Part shown: piece after piece, positions 63,782-64,000 of the stretch | Layout: each line of letters opens with the position of its first letter | Position numbering within the stretch: position 1 is the stretch's first letter | NCBI GenBank assembly: GCA_027022365.1 | Contig: JALVYU010000007.1 | Location: forward strand, 1 to 64,000 | Direction: 5' to 3' | Length of the DNA stretch: 64,000 bases | Source of the DNA: Desulfurococcales archaeon | Lineage (GTDB): Archaea > Thermoproteota > Thermoprotei_A > Sulfolobales > Desulfurococcaceae | The notes under the pieces: generated by a model | What the model was told of the DNA's origin: nothing | The model's input: the letters and a program-made list of their open reading frames with translations, nothing else | Databases searched by the model: none | Translations under genes and position numbers: made by a program

Positions 63782-64000
63782 CTACTTTTTATATCGCCTA
63801 TAGTATTGCAATACCTCCCTGGCACTCGGTCCTGCAAGCCATTTAATCATTTCCTCAGTTAATCCATAGCCTATGGCTAATCTCGCAGCGTACTTAGGGT
63901 TTCTCTCGAATATTATCTTGATGAACGGTATAACATCGGTCTTGACTCTGTGCCTACTTGTCAATAATGCTGGGGCCAGTGCACGGGCTATTCCTTCTCT
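63782..64000 (-). CDS. rfcL: Replication factor C large subunit, C-terminal fragment (gene starts beyond the window)
   Basis: TSRHRVKTDVIPFIKIIFERNPKYAARLAIGYGLTEEMIKWLAG resembles the crenarchaeal RFC-L C-terminus; frame open to the window edge. Confidence 0.7.
   Translation of the reverse strand, partial: REGIARALAPALLTSRHRVKTDVIPFIKIIFERNPKYAARLAIGYGLTEEMIKWLAGPSAREVLQYYRRYKK

Overview
Chromosomal window from a hyperthermophilic crenarchaeon, most likely Desulfurococcaceae (Staphylothermus/Desulfurococcus/Thermogladius-like). This is judged from the very GC-rich 16S-23S operon with no spacer tRNA or linked 5S and from the gene content. The window starts inside a 16S rRNA gene. That gene is interrupted by a 644-nt bulge-helix-bulge intron encoding a two-motif LAGLIDADG homing endonuclease, whose reading frame has no stop codon inside the linear intron. 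The 23S gene follows, then about 60 mostly housekeeping CDS (DGGGP synthase, PGI/PMI, XerA, ProRS, a complete A/V-type ATP synthase operon, EndoIV, HerA/NurA paralogues, solo Cas4, AOR, Trk, Orc1/Cdc6, RFC-L), two tRNAs (Ile-GAU, Gly-UCC), several box C/D-like sRNAs and a decayed double-KaiC pseudogene. The least explained part is about 26.8-31.9 kb. It holds an unannotated 42-codon peptide gene (ending PRPGGDPVPDDPVF) with its own promoter, repeated operator-like boxes and a terminator; a nearby AT-rich tandem-Lrp regulator; and a two-gene unit encoding a membrane protein with a possible ubiquitin-like domain plus a possible degenerate tubulin/FtsZ-like protein. All calls are from visual motif recognition; no searches were run.
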